The notes beneath the pieces are model-generated. The model had not been told where the DNA came from, did not search any database, and was given only the letters and a program-made list of their open reading frames with translations. DNA of 64,000 bases from Ignavibacteriales bacterium (GTDB lineage: Bacteria; Bacteroidota; Ignavibacteria; Ignavibacteriales; DAOSCP01). Below are positions 17,917 to 27,213 of this stretch, piece after piece (within the stretch, counting starts at the first letter, position 1; the number at the start of each line of letters is the position of its first letter). Location of the stretch: the NCBI GenBank assembly GCA_035361425.1, contig DAOSCP010000010.1, forward strand, positions 23,712 through 87,711, in the 5' to 3' direction. The position numbers were made by a program, and so were the translations under genes.

Positions 17917-18543
17917 ATGGAAAATCTAACTATAAAACAATACCTTGATACCTTATCATCTAATTCGCCAACTCCTGGTGGGGGAAATGTATCTGCACTA
18001 TGCGGAAGTTTAGCATCTGCTCTTGCAGTTATGGTTACTAACTTAACTATTGGCAAAAAAAAATACGCCGATGTTGAAAATAAAATAATTGAACTTAAGG
18101 AAAAAGTTACACCCTTTATAAATAAATTTATTGAGCTAGCTGAAAAAGATAATCAATCTTTTGATGAAGTAATGAAAGCTTTTTCTCTTCCAAAAGAAAC
18201 CGATGAACAAAAAGCCTATAGAAGTGAACAAATTGAAAAAGCAACTATTAAAGCCGCTGAAATACCTTTTGAAGTTATCAAAAATGCAAACTCAATAATC
18301 GATAATTTTATAGAAATATCAAATATAGGTAATCAAAACTCGCTTTCTGATATTGGCGTTGGGCTACTTTTATTAAAAACTGCTACACAAGGAGCTTATT
18401 TAAATGTTATCATTAATATCTCATCTCTAAAGGATAAAGAATTTGCCAATAAATTTTTAAATGATGTTGATAAAATTTACAAAGATACTCTATTAAAAGT
18501 AGATAATACTTATAATAATATCATTCATAAATTATTGAATTAA
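17917..18543 (+). CDS. Formimidoyltetrahydrofolate cyclodeaminase family protein
   Basis: SPTPGGGNVSAL.GSLASAL, GNQNSLSDIGVG, GAYLNV.IN. Confidence 0.92.
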   Translation: MENLTIKQYLDTLSSNSPTPGGGNVSALCGSLASALAVMVTNLTIGKKKYADVENKIIELKEKVTPFINKFIELAEKDNQSFDEVMKAFSLPKETDEQKAYRSEQIEKATIKAAEIPFEVIKNANSIIDNFIEISNIGNQNSLSDIGVGLLLLKTATQGAYLNVIINISSLKDKEFANKFLNDVDKIYKDTLLKVDNTYNNIIHKLLN

Positions 18544-18545
18544 CG

Positions 18546-18992
18546 ATGAAAAAAAGCACAATTACACCAGAGCAAGAAAAACAAATCATTAATAAAATTT
18601 CAGAAATTGAAAGCAAAACTTCTGCTGAAATTAAAATCATAATTAAAAATAAAAAAGGATTTTTTGAAAAAAGGAAATCTTGCTATCAAATTGCTGTTAA
18701 AGATTTTTATAAAAATAAATTACACTTAACTAAAGATAGAACCGGTGTTTTATTACTTATACTTCTTAAAGAACACGAAGTTACTATTCTTGGTGATGCA
18801 GGAATAAATAGCAAAATTGAACCAAATTTTTGGGATAATGTTATTAATGACATTATCCCTTTCTTCAAAGAAAATAATTTAGCAGAAGGAATTATTAAAG
18901 CCCTTGAAGATATTTCTGAACCTTTAATTACTTATTTCCCTATTCAAGAAAATGATCAAAATGAGCTAAGTAACGATATTATCATAAAATAA
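18546..18992 (+). CDS. TPM-domain protein
   Basis: ISEIESKTSAEI, LHLTKDRTGVLL, ILGDAGIN, NELSNDI. Confidence 0.85.
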   Translation: MKKSTITPEQEKQIINKISEIESKTSAEIKIIIKNKKGFFEKRKSCYQIAVKDFYKNKLHLTKDRTGVLLLILLKEHEVTILGDAGINSKIEPNFWDNVINDIIPFFKENNLAEGIIKALEDISEPLITYFPIQENDQNELSNDIIIK

Positions 18993-19004
18993 GAGGTTTA
19001 AAAA

Positions 19005-19562
19005 TTGAGAAAACTTACACACGATGAAATTGCACAAAATAGAATAAAATTGGATACATTACACCTTGCAAAAAAGATTCCTGTTACAGTAGTTTTGGAT
19101 AGTATAAGAAGTGCTTACAATGTTGGTGCAATTTTCCGCACATCCGATGGAGCTATGATTGAAAAATTATATCTTTGCGGCTATACACCATATCCACCTA
19201 ATAAAGAGGTACTAAAAACTGCTTTAGGTGCAACAGATAGTGTTAGTTGGGAATATTACCAAGATATAGTAGAACTTATCAAAAAGTTAAAAAGTGAAAA
19301 CTATTTAATTGGGTCTCTTGAGCAAACTTCAAAATCAATTCCTCATTATGATTTTGAAAAGTTAGACCTGACTAAAAGAGTTTGCCTCATTATAGGAAAT
19401 GAAATAAAAGGCGTAAAAGACGAAGTTATAGAGCTTTGCGATTTCGCTTTAGAAATTCCTCAGTATGGCATTAAGCAATCTCTTAATGTTGCCGTAGCTT
19501 ATGGAATTACAATTTTTAGAATTCGCGAAACTTTCGATAAATTAAAATCGCAAAGCACATAG
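19005..19562 (+). CDS. TrmH/SpoU-family RNA methyltransferase
   Basis: VLDSIRSAYNVGAIFRTSD, LIIGNEIKGV, IPQYGIKQSLNVAVA. Confidence 0.92.
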   Translation: MRKLTHDEIAQNRIKLDTLHLAKKIPVTVVLDSIRSAYNVGAIFRTSDGAMIEKLYLCGYTPYPPNKEVLKTALGATDSVSWEYYQDIVELIKKLKSENYLIGSLEQTSKSIPHYDFEKLDLTKRVCLIIGNEIKGVKDEVIELCDFALEIPQYGIKQSLNVAVAYGITIFRIRETFDKLKSQST

Positions 19563-19952
19563 AAAATATAATCAATTAAGATTTCTCAGTTGCTGAAATT
19601 ATCTTTTTGTTAACAGATAATTTAAGTCGATAAAATATAATTAATCAAGTTGATTGATTTCCAATTTAAAAGTGATAAAATAGAATTTGTCTAATAATCT
19701 CATAATTTATCTCAGCAATAAGATAGACTTTGCCCTGGTAAGATTTCAGCAGCTATCATCAAATAAAGTTATTCACGCTGTTTAATAAATATCAAAACAA
19801 GCACGATAAAACAGATTAGATTATTCAAAACAAACTGATTTTAATTGTTTTAATACTTGACACATTTAATAAAATTTTAGGTTAACCCACTGAAAATTGA
19901 AGAAATTTGATTTAGAAAAAATTTTAAAAATTGATTTGAATTATCAAGGTAA

Positions 19953-19974
19953 AGGCATCCCACATGGGGAGCCT
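19953..19974. terminator. GC-rich hairpin just downstream of the tRNA cluster (possible terminator)
   Basis: AGGCATCCC-ACAT-GGGGAGCCT, imperfect stem; only a short T run follows on the minus strand. Confidence 0.35.
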
Positions 19975-20006
19975 AAACAAAGCATAGGAGTAGCTTGAAA
20001 AAGGAG

Positions 20007-20078
20007 TGACCCCAAGCGGATTTGAACCGCTGTTTCAGCCGTGAAAGGGCCGTGTCCTAACCACTAGACGATGGGGCC
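20007..20078 (-). tRNA. tRNA-Glu(TTC), distal copy
   Basis: GGCCCCATCGTCTAGTGGTTAGGACACGGCCCTTTCACGGCTGAAACAGCGGTTCAAATCCGCTTGGGGTCA; CCA not encoded. Confidence 0.95.
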
Positions 20079-20100
20079 AAACTTACAAATTTTATAGAGC

Positions 20101-20128
20101 AAAAAATAAGCTGCTTTTAAGCAGCTTA
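20101..20128 (-). terminator. Intrinsic terminator-like hairpin between the two tRNA-Glu copies
   Basis: TAAGCTGC/GCAGCTTA 8-bp stem followed by a T-tract on the minus strand (A6 at 20101-20106). Confidence 0.65.
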
Positions 20129-20134
20129 GGAAAG

Positions 20135-20206
20135 TGACCCCAAGCGGATTTGAACCGCTGTTTCAGCCGTGAAAGGGCCGTGTCCTAACCACTAGACGAT
20201 GGGGCC
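20135..20206 (-). tRNA. tRNA-Glu(TTC), proximal copy
   Basis: Identical to 20007-20078, offset 128 bp. Confidence 0.95.
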
Positions 20207-20232
20207 AATACAAACTTTTAACTGTTTTAATT

Positions 20233-20310
20233 TGGGGTGGAATAAGGGATTCGAACCCTCGGCCCTCAGAGCCACAATCTGATGCTCTAACCAGCTGAGC
20301 TAATTCCACC
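20233..20310 (-). tRNA. tRNA-His(GTG)
   Basis: GGTGGAATTAGCTCAG...GATTGTGGCTC...TTCGAATCCCTTATTCCACCCCA; G-1 and CCA encoded. Confidence 0.96.
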
Positions 20311-20327
20311 ATATTAAACTTAGCTTG

Positions 20328-20401
20328 TACGCCAAAGAGGACTCGAACCTCTAACCCACAGCTTAGAAGGCTGTTGCTCTATCCTGTTGAGCTATTGGCG
20401 C
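20328..20401 (-). tRNA. tRNA-Arg(TCT)
   Basis: GCGCCAATAGCTCAACAGGATAGAGCAACAGCCTTCTAAGCTGTGGGTTAGAGGTTCGAGTCCTCTTTGGCGTA. Confidence 0.95.
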
Positions 20402-20413
20402 ATCATTTTGATG

Positions 20414-20488
20414 TCGGGGCAGCAGGATTTGAACCTGCGACTTCCTGCTCCCAAAGCAGGCGCGCTAACCGGGCTACGCTATGCCCCG
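20414..20488 (-). tRNA. tRNA-Pro(TGG)
   Basis: CGGGGCATAGCGTAGCCCGGTTAGCGCGCCTGCTTTGGGAGCAGGAAGTCGCAGGTTCAAATCCTGCTGCCCCGA. Confidence 0.96.
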
Positions 20489-20515
20489 TTCTAAATTTTC
20501 AAATTTTAGAATTAA

Positions 20516-20544
20516 AATATAATATTTTTTTCCTTATTTGTCAA
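20516..20544 (-). promoter_or_regulatory. sigma70-type promoter of the tRNA cluster
   Basis: TTGACA (20544-20539), 17 bp, TATATT (20521-20516), 27 bp before tRNA-Pro. Confidence 0.75.
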
Positions 20545-20583
20545 ATTTTTTTTACATTTATTTTGAAATTTTTGATTTTTTTT

Positions 20584-21822
20584 ATGAAAAAACTGCTTCT
20601 GATCTTCAAATTATTTTATTCTTTTATACTAAATAAGTATAATAACAAAATTAATTTTTTTTCTTACTTCGCAATTGGTGGTATTGCAATCGGCGTTATT
20701 GCTCTTAATCTTACCCTTTCAATTATTGATGGGCTGGAAGAAAGCATTACTAGTAAAATTTTTTCTTTAAATTCTCATATTGTTATAACTGGTTTTAGTA
20801 ATAATAATTTTGACTTAACAAAATCTACTGATTTTCTCAATAAAAATTTCCCAAATAAATTTTCACATATTATTCCCAACGCAAGCAAATTTTGCCTTTT
20901 CAAATACAAAAAAAATTATGATGGCATTATCGTTAAAGGAATAAAGCCTCAAAATTTAAATGACATCTTGGGTTCAGCTTTATTAGAAACCACTACATCG
21001 ATTACTTCTAATAACCTTGAATATCCTATTTTTATTAGCAAAACTGTTGCAGATAAATATTCTATCTCAATTAAAGATAAAATTACTTTAATTTCTATTA
21101 AAAATAATCAAGCACCTTCTTTAGAAAATCCACCTAACATTTTTAATTTTTATGTCCAAGGTATTTTTAAAACTGGTATAGCAGAATATGATAATAATTA
21201 TTTTTTTGTATTATTAAATGATGCACAAAATCTCTTTGGCATCTCCTCTAATGAAATTAACGGAATTGAACTTAAAGTCAAGGACCTTAGCCAAATTGAT
21301 TCCTTAACAGCTGCTATCAACAAAAAAGCTTTTTATCCTTTGTATGCAAGAAGTATTTACGATCTATTTTCAAACATCTTTATATGGATAGAATTTCAAA
21401 AGAAACCAATTCCTATAATAATGTTTTTTATCACTATTGTTGCTGTTTTTAATGTTATAAGCACATTAATTATCAATATAATAATAAAAACAAAAAATAT
21501 ATCAGTTCTGCAATTATTAGGACTTTCAAATACTAATATTTCTTTAATATTTCTTTTGTTTGGTTGTTTTATCAGCATTGCTGGCATATTAATAGGTAAT
21601 ATTATAGCTTTAATTTTAAGTTATATCCAACTAAAATTTAACTTAATTACAATTCCATCTTCTGTTTATTTTATCGATACTGTTCATATTTCAATTAAAT
21701 TTTCAAATTACTTGATTGTAAGTATCGTAGCTTTTTTAATTACTATACTTTTTACTATTATTCCACTTTCTATAATTTCTAAATTAAAAATTATTGAGAT
21801 ATTAAAATTTAATGAAAGTTGA
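20584..21822 (+). CDS. ABC permease, LolC/E (FtsX-like) family
   Basis: FAIGGIAIGVIAL, LNSHIVI, IITIVAVFNVISTL, YFIDTVHI. True start is ATG 20584; the ORF track's 20374 runs antisense through tRNAs. Confidence 0.88.
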   Translation: MKKLLLIFKLFYSFILNKYNNKINFFSYFAIGGIAIGVIALNLTLSIIDGLEESITSKIFSLNSHIVITGFSNNNFDLTKSTDFLNKNFPNKFSHIIPNASKFCLFKYKKNYDGIIVKGIKPQNLNDILGSALLETTTSITSNNLEYPIFISKTVADKYSISIKDKITLISIKNNQAPSLENPPNIFNFYVQGIFKTGIAEYDNNYFFVLLNDAQNLFGISSNEINGIELKVKDLSQIDSLTAAINKKAFYPLYARSIYDLFSNIFIWIEFQKKPIPIIMFFITIVAVFNVISTLIINIIIKTKNISVLQLLGLSNTNISLIFLLFGCFISIAGILIGNIIALILSYIQLKFNLITIPSSVYFIDTVHISIKFSNYLIVSIVAFLITILFTIIPLSIISKLKIIEILKFNES

Positions 21823-23011
21823 TAATTACATAGCAAGTAAATATTTCTTTTTAAATAGCAATGGTTTTATCAAAATAATATCTTTAATTTCTACTATAGG
21901 AATATCGATAGGTGTTGCAGCACTAATTGTTGTCATATCTGTCTACAATGGTTTTACAGAACATGTTACTAATATGCTAATAAATATCGACCCACATTTA
22001 CAAATTAGACTTAAAACAACAGATTATGACAAAGTTGATAGTATATCCAATTTTCTAAAACAACAATCTAATGTCACTTTTTTTACAAAATTCTACGAAC
22101 AAAAATCTTTAATTTTCCGTAATGGCAAATATTATGTTATAAATTTAAAAGGATATGATACCTTAAATAATAAAAGTTACAAAAACTCAATAATAACTGG
22201 AAAAATTAATCTTGATAAAAATGAATTATCAATTGGCATGCCATTAGCCACAAGATTAGAAACACTACCAACTGATACAGTAATTCTATCTTCATTTAAA
22301 GAATTAGGAACAGCAGCTATATATACTTTCTTACCTAAAACACAATCTTTCAAAGTTGCTAGCATTTTTGAAACACATAATCGAGAATATGACCTTCTTA
22401 ATGCTTACTGCACACTTAATACAATTTTAAGTTTTGTTGATGAAAATTCCCCAAATGGTTTTGAAATATGGCTAAATAATATCGAAAATTCACAAGATCT
22501 TAAAAATAAATTGTATTCTGTTTTTCCAAAAGATATTAAAGTTTTAACTTGGTATGATTTACACAAAGAATTATATCAAATGATGTCAATGGAAAAATGG
22601 GCTGCATTTATTATTTTATCTTTGATTATATTTGTAGCTAGCTTTAATATTTTAGCATCACTTACAATGACTGTTTTAAAAAAGAAAAGAGATATTGCAA
22701 TATTACAAACTCTGGGCCTTGATGAAAATCAAATTCAAAAAATTTTCTATAAACAAGGACTAATTAGCGGTATTCTTGGAAGTATAATTGGTACAATTTT
22801 AGGTATATCTTTATGCCTATTACAAATTTATTACAAAATTTATCCTTTAGATCCAGATAAATTTATCATAGATGCTATGCCAATTAAATTAGATATCTTA
22901 ACAATATTTGTAATAATTTTTGTTACTTTACTACTTTCTTTTATAGCATCAATTTATCCGGCTAAACTTGCATATAGAACCAATATAGTAGAATCAATTA
23001 AATGGGAATAG
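21812..23011 (+). CDS. ABC permease, LolC/E family (second subunit)
   Basis: ISTIGISIGVAALIVVISVYNGF, DPHLQI, MSMEKW, KKRDIAILQTLG, SIYPAKLA. Confidence 0.92.
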   Translation: MKVDNYIASKYFFLNSNGFIKIISLISTIGISIGVAALIVVISVYNGFTEHVTNMLINIDPHLQIRLKTTDYDKVDSISNFLKQQSNVTFFTKFYEQKSLIFRNGKYYVINLKGYDTLNNKSYKNSIITGKINLDKNELSIGMPLATRLETLPTDTVILSSFKELGTAAIYTFLPKTQSFKVASIFETHNREYDLLNAYCTLNTILSFVDENSPNGFEIWLNNIENSQDLKNKLYSVFPKDIKVLTWYDLHKELYQMMSMEKWAAFIILSLIIFVASFNILASLTMTVLKKKRDIAILQTLGLDENQIQKIFYKQGLISGILGSIIGTILGISLCLLQIYYKIYPLDPDKFIIDAMPIKLDILTIFVIIFVTLLLSFIASIYPAKLAYRTNIVESIKWE

Positions 23012-23012
23012 T

Positions 23013-23702
23013 ATGAATAATTATATTTTAGCATGTGAAAGTATAAGTAAATCATATCATAATAATGGAGAAAAAATTGAGGTTTTAAAAAATATATCCC
23101 TTAATTTTCTGGGTAATAAAATCTATATGCTTTTGGGAGCATCTGGTGCAGGAAAAAGTACTTTATTGCACATTCTGGGAACGCTTGATAAGGCTGATAG
23201 CGGCAAAATATTTTACGAAGGCACGGAATTATCATCTTTATCTCAAACACGATTAAATAAATTTAGATCTCATAATATTGGATTTGTTTTTCAATTTCAC
23301 CATCTTTTGCCAGAATTTACAGCATTAGAAAATGTTGCTCTAGCAGCTATGATAGCAGGAGAAAGTAAAAAAATATCTTTTGAAAAAGCAAAAGATATTT
23401 TAAATCAATTAAATCTATCTCACAGATTAAACAATAAACCAGCTGAACTTTCTGGGGGCGAACAACAACGCGTTGCTATTGCGAGAGCTATTATTAACAA
23501 CCCTAAAATTGTATTTGCAGATGAACCTACCGGCAACCTTGATAGTAAAAACGGCGAAATTATCAATCAAATTATTCTTGATTTAAAAACCCAAAATAAT
23601 ATAATGTTTATAATTGCAACGCATAATAAAGAACTATGTTCAATTGGCGATGTCAATATTTATATGAAAGACGGCGTAATCTCAAGTATTGAAGAAAAAT
23701 AG
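23013..23702 (+). CDS. lolD: Lipoprotein-releasing ABC ATPase
   Basis: [50 protein letters not shown]. Confidence 0.9.
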   Translation: MNNYILACESISKSYHNNGEKIEVLKNISLNFLGNKIYMLLGASGAGKSTLLHILGTLDKADSGKIFYEGTELSSLSQTRLNKFRSHNIGFVFQFHHLLPEFTALENVALAAMIAGESKKISFEKAKDILNQLNLSHRLNNKPAELSGGEQQRVAIARAIINNPKIVFADEPTGNLDSKNGEIINQIILDLKTQNNIMFIIATHNKELCSIGDVNIYMKDGVISSIEEK

Positions 23703-23753
23703 ACATTTGCTATATTTTTATTATTTTAATATTTGCCAAAATTCAAATATGCC

Positions 23754-26700
23754 TTATTCCTTAATTTCTTCTCTAAGTACTTTTTCAGTCTCTTCCCAAA
23801 TTTTTATTAGTTGATTATAATCATTTTTAATAGATTCTATACTACCATTTTCAAAAGCAGTTAATTCGATTTGATGAGCAACTCGATGTAATTGTTTTAA
23901 AGACAAATTAGCAGCAGAACCTTTTATTTGATGAGATATAAATTTTATTGCAGCATAGTTATTATTTTCAATATTTTCACCTAAAATTTTAAGTCTTGAA
24001 GGCATATCATCAAGAATAAGTTTTATAATTTTTTTAAATATTTGGTCATTATTGCCATATCTTAAAATCATATCCTGTTTATCATAGAAAAGATTTTTTT
24101 CAATACTAGTTTGTTCTGTATTCTGTAAATATTTAGCAAAAATTTCAGCAAGTTTTGGAGTTTGTACAGGTTTTGTTAGAAAATCATTCATTCCTGCAGC
24201 AAAAGCTTTTTCCTGTTCTGTCTTTAAAGCTCCGGCAGTTAATGCAATAATAGGAACATTTTTCAAACTGTAGCTTTTTTCTAACTCTCTAATCTGTTTT
24301 GTAGCTTCCAAACCATCCATTCCGGGCATTTGAACATCCATCAAAATTAAATGGATATTATTTTTTTCTTTAGCATAAATATCACAAGCCTGATAACCAT
24401 CTGTTGCTTCATAAATCTTTGCATTAGGTAGCATTTTATTAATTATAGTCTTAATCAAAAACATATTCATTTGCATATCTTCTGCAATTAAAATATTAAC
24501 AGTATTGTTTGTAATATAGCTTTCCGTTTTTTGATAAGAAATGTTGACACTATTATTTTCCAGAGATTTTTTAATCAACTCTTCAAGTTCAAATATTTTG
24601 ATGGGATGATATACAAAAGCTCTAATTTCTGGTATTTTATCCAGCTGTTGTTGTATTGATTTATCGATAATTTTTGTTATATAAATTATTAAATTTCTTG
24701 GTCTTACAATATTTCTAAAATTATGGAAATTAACAATATTATCGAAATTATAAATATATATATTTACACTTTTATCAATTTGATAACCAAATTCAATTTC
24801 ACTTGATATTGAATTACACTGTATATTCATCAGCCTAAGCCTTGTACATAAAAATTTTAAATGTAAATCATCAAAATTAACTACAGTAATTTTCAAATCA
24901 TCATATTTTTTAACTGTATCTAAAAAAATGGCTTTTGAAACTTTAAATTTTACATCAAAATAAAATTTAGAACCTTCACCTAATTTAGAATTTATTTTAA
25001 TTTCAGAATCCATTTTGTTAGCAAGTAACTGAGAAATAGCTAACCCTAACCCTGTACCACCATATTTTTTAGAAATTGATGCATCTGTTTGATTGAAAGC
25101 GGTAAATAAACTACTTTGTTTTTCTTCGCTTATGCCAATACCTGTATCAGTAACCTCAAAATGGAAAACAGCAAACTCATTTTCATCTTTATCAATTATT
25201 TCAGCTTTAAGTTCAACAAAACCTTCATGAGTAAATTTGATTGCATTTGAAAGTAAATTAACTAAAATTTGTTTCAATCTTACTTCATCAAAATATACAT
25301 ATAGAGGAAAATTATAGTTAATATTTAACAATAAAGCAATATCTTTCTTTAATGCCTGGAATTTTACTAACTCAATAACATTTTCTAAAAATTCAACAAA
25401 ATTATTCTTTGTTACATTTAATTCTAACATACCAGCTTCAATCTTAGAAAAATCGAGAATATCATTAATAATTGTTAAAAGGTGTTCACCGGCTTCATTA
25501 ACAAAAGTTGCATATTGCTTTTGGACTTCATCGAGCTCTGTATGCAAGAGTAATTCTGAAAAACCAATAATACCATTAAGAGGGGTTCTAATTTCATGGC
25601 TCATATGAGCTAAAAACATAGATTTAGCTTGATTAGCTTCGTCTGCTAATTTTTTAGCATTTTCCAGTTCATGTATTAATTCTCTTGTCTTTGTAATATC
25701 TTCAATTGTAGTAAGAACTTCATTTTCTTCATTATTGATATTAACAGGTAATACAATAACTTTTATCCAGATTGTTCTACCATCTTTCGTTATTATTTCA
25801 CCTTCACTTTCAAAATAGCCGAATTCTTTTAAATTTCTATTAATTTCTTCTCCTACTTTTTGCATTTGCTCGTTGCTTTGATACATAATTTCGGCACTTT
25901 GGCCGGCTAAATTAATGTTTTCATCAAAACCTAATATTTTAGCATATAATGGATTATGCCACATTATTTTTCTATTCTTTACTAAGGCTATACCAACAGG
26001 CGAGCTCTTTAAGATTACCTCATTTTGTTTGTGTAATTTTATAATTTCTTGTTGTTTTTTCTCAAGTTCTGTAATATCATTTATGTTAAATAAAATATAC
26101 TCATTTTTTACCAAAAAAATTACTTTTGTATGAATAACAACTGTATATTTCCCTGATGAAATTGAAATTTCCGTTTTGAATCCATTGAAATAACCATCTG
26201 TCAATGTTTTTTCTATTAGAGTTTTTATATCTTTATCATTAAATATATTAAGCTCAAATATATTTTTTTGTATTACATCTGTAAATAATAATTCCGAAAG
26301 AATTAGAAATGCTTTATTTGCTTCAATAATTTCAAAATTTTTGGTATTAACAATTAAAAGGGATGAAGTAATTGTATTAAAAATTATATCAAAATTTCTA
26401 AATATTTCTTTTTCTAATGATAAATCTTTGAGAAAACAAAAAATACATTTTTCACCATACCAGCGGCTTTCACTAATTCTTACATTAAAGTATAAAGTCT
26501 CATAATGTTTATCAAGCAACTGCCATATATATTCTTTTGATATTTTCTCTTCTAAATTATATTTCATTTCTTCTAAATTGTAATCAACCTGTGGCCAAAT
26601 AATTTTTAGGCTTTTTCCTATAAGTTCATCAACATTATATCCCAAACTTTGGCTAAAAATTTCATTCAAAAATAGAATTTTACCGTTAAAATCAAATATT

Positions 26701-27143
26701 AATATATTTTCGTTTAATGAATTAAGAAAATTTTTATAGTTATTATTAACAATTTCTAATTCTTGATAAAACTGTTTCATTTCGGTGATATCGATAAAAA
26801 GCGTAGTAAAATACAAATATTCATTAGAATATACATAAACTCTATACCATTTATTGAGCGGTTGAGAAAATTGTTCAAACTGAGTTTTTGTTTGTTCTAA
26901 TGCAATATTACCGTAAAATTCTATCCAATTAAATTCATCTTTTTCAATACCAGGAATTAAATTTCTAACCGTATTACCCACTATATTTTCTTATTTTAAT
27001 CCAGTTAAAACGCAAAATGTATCATTAATTTCAATATACTCATAATCAATAGGTTTACCATTTTCATCAAGTATTATTTTATGATATGCATAACCCACAA
27101 TAGGGTTATTCAATAAATCTTTTACAAATGTATCATTTACCAT
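23754..27143 (-). pseudogene. Multi-PAS hybrid histidine kinase (PAS-HisKA-HATPase-REC*-REC-Hpt) with an in-frame TAA at codon 51
   Basis: SHEIRTPLNG, NLLSNAIKFT, DTGIG, GGTGLGL, LMDVQMPGMDG, SHQIKGSAAN. The frame extends to ATG 27143 (MVNDTF...GYAYHKIILDENGKPIDYEYIEIN...LTGLK*ENIVG), broken only by TAA at 26991-26993. Confidence 0.82.
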
Positions 27144-27213
27144 AATATCACTAAATTTTTTGTAATTATTAATTTATAAAAAAATTTTGAATAAAAAAAG
27201 AATAATAAATAAC

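Noticed and set aside
16890-18543. ftcD and cyclodeaminase as a broken fusion gene
   Set aside because: Separate genes are common in bacteria; there is a clean stop, a GAGG RBS and a proper ATG.
20374-20583. 70-aa N-terminal extension of the first LolC/E ORF
   Set aside because: It is the antisense of tRNA-Arg/tRNA-Pro and their promoter; the real start is 20584.
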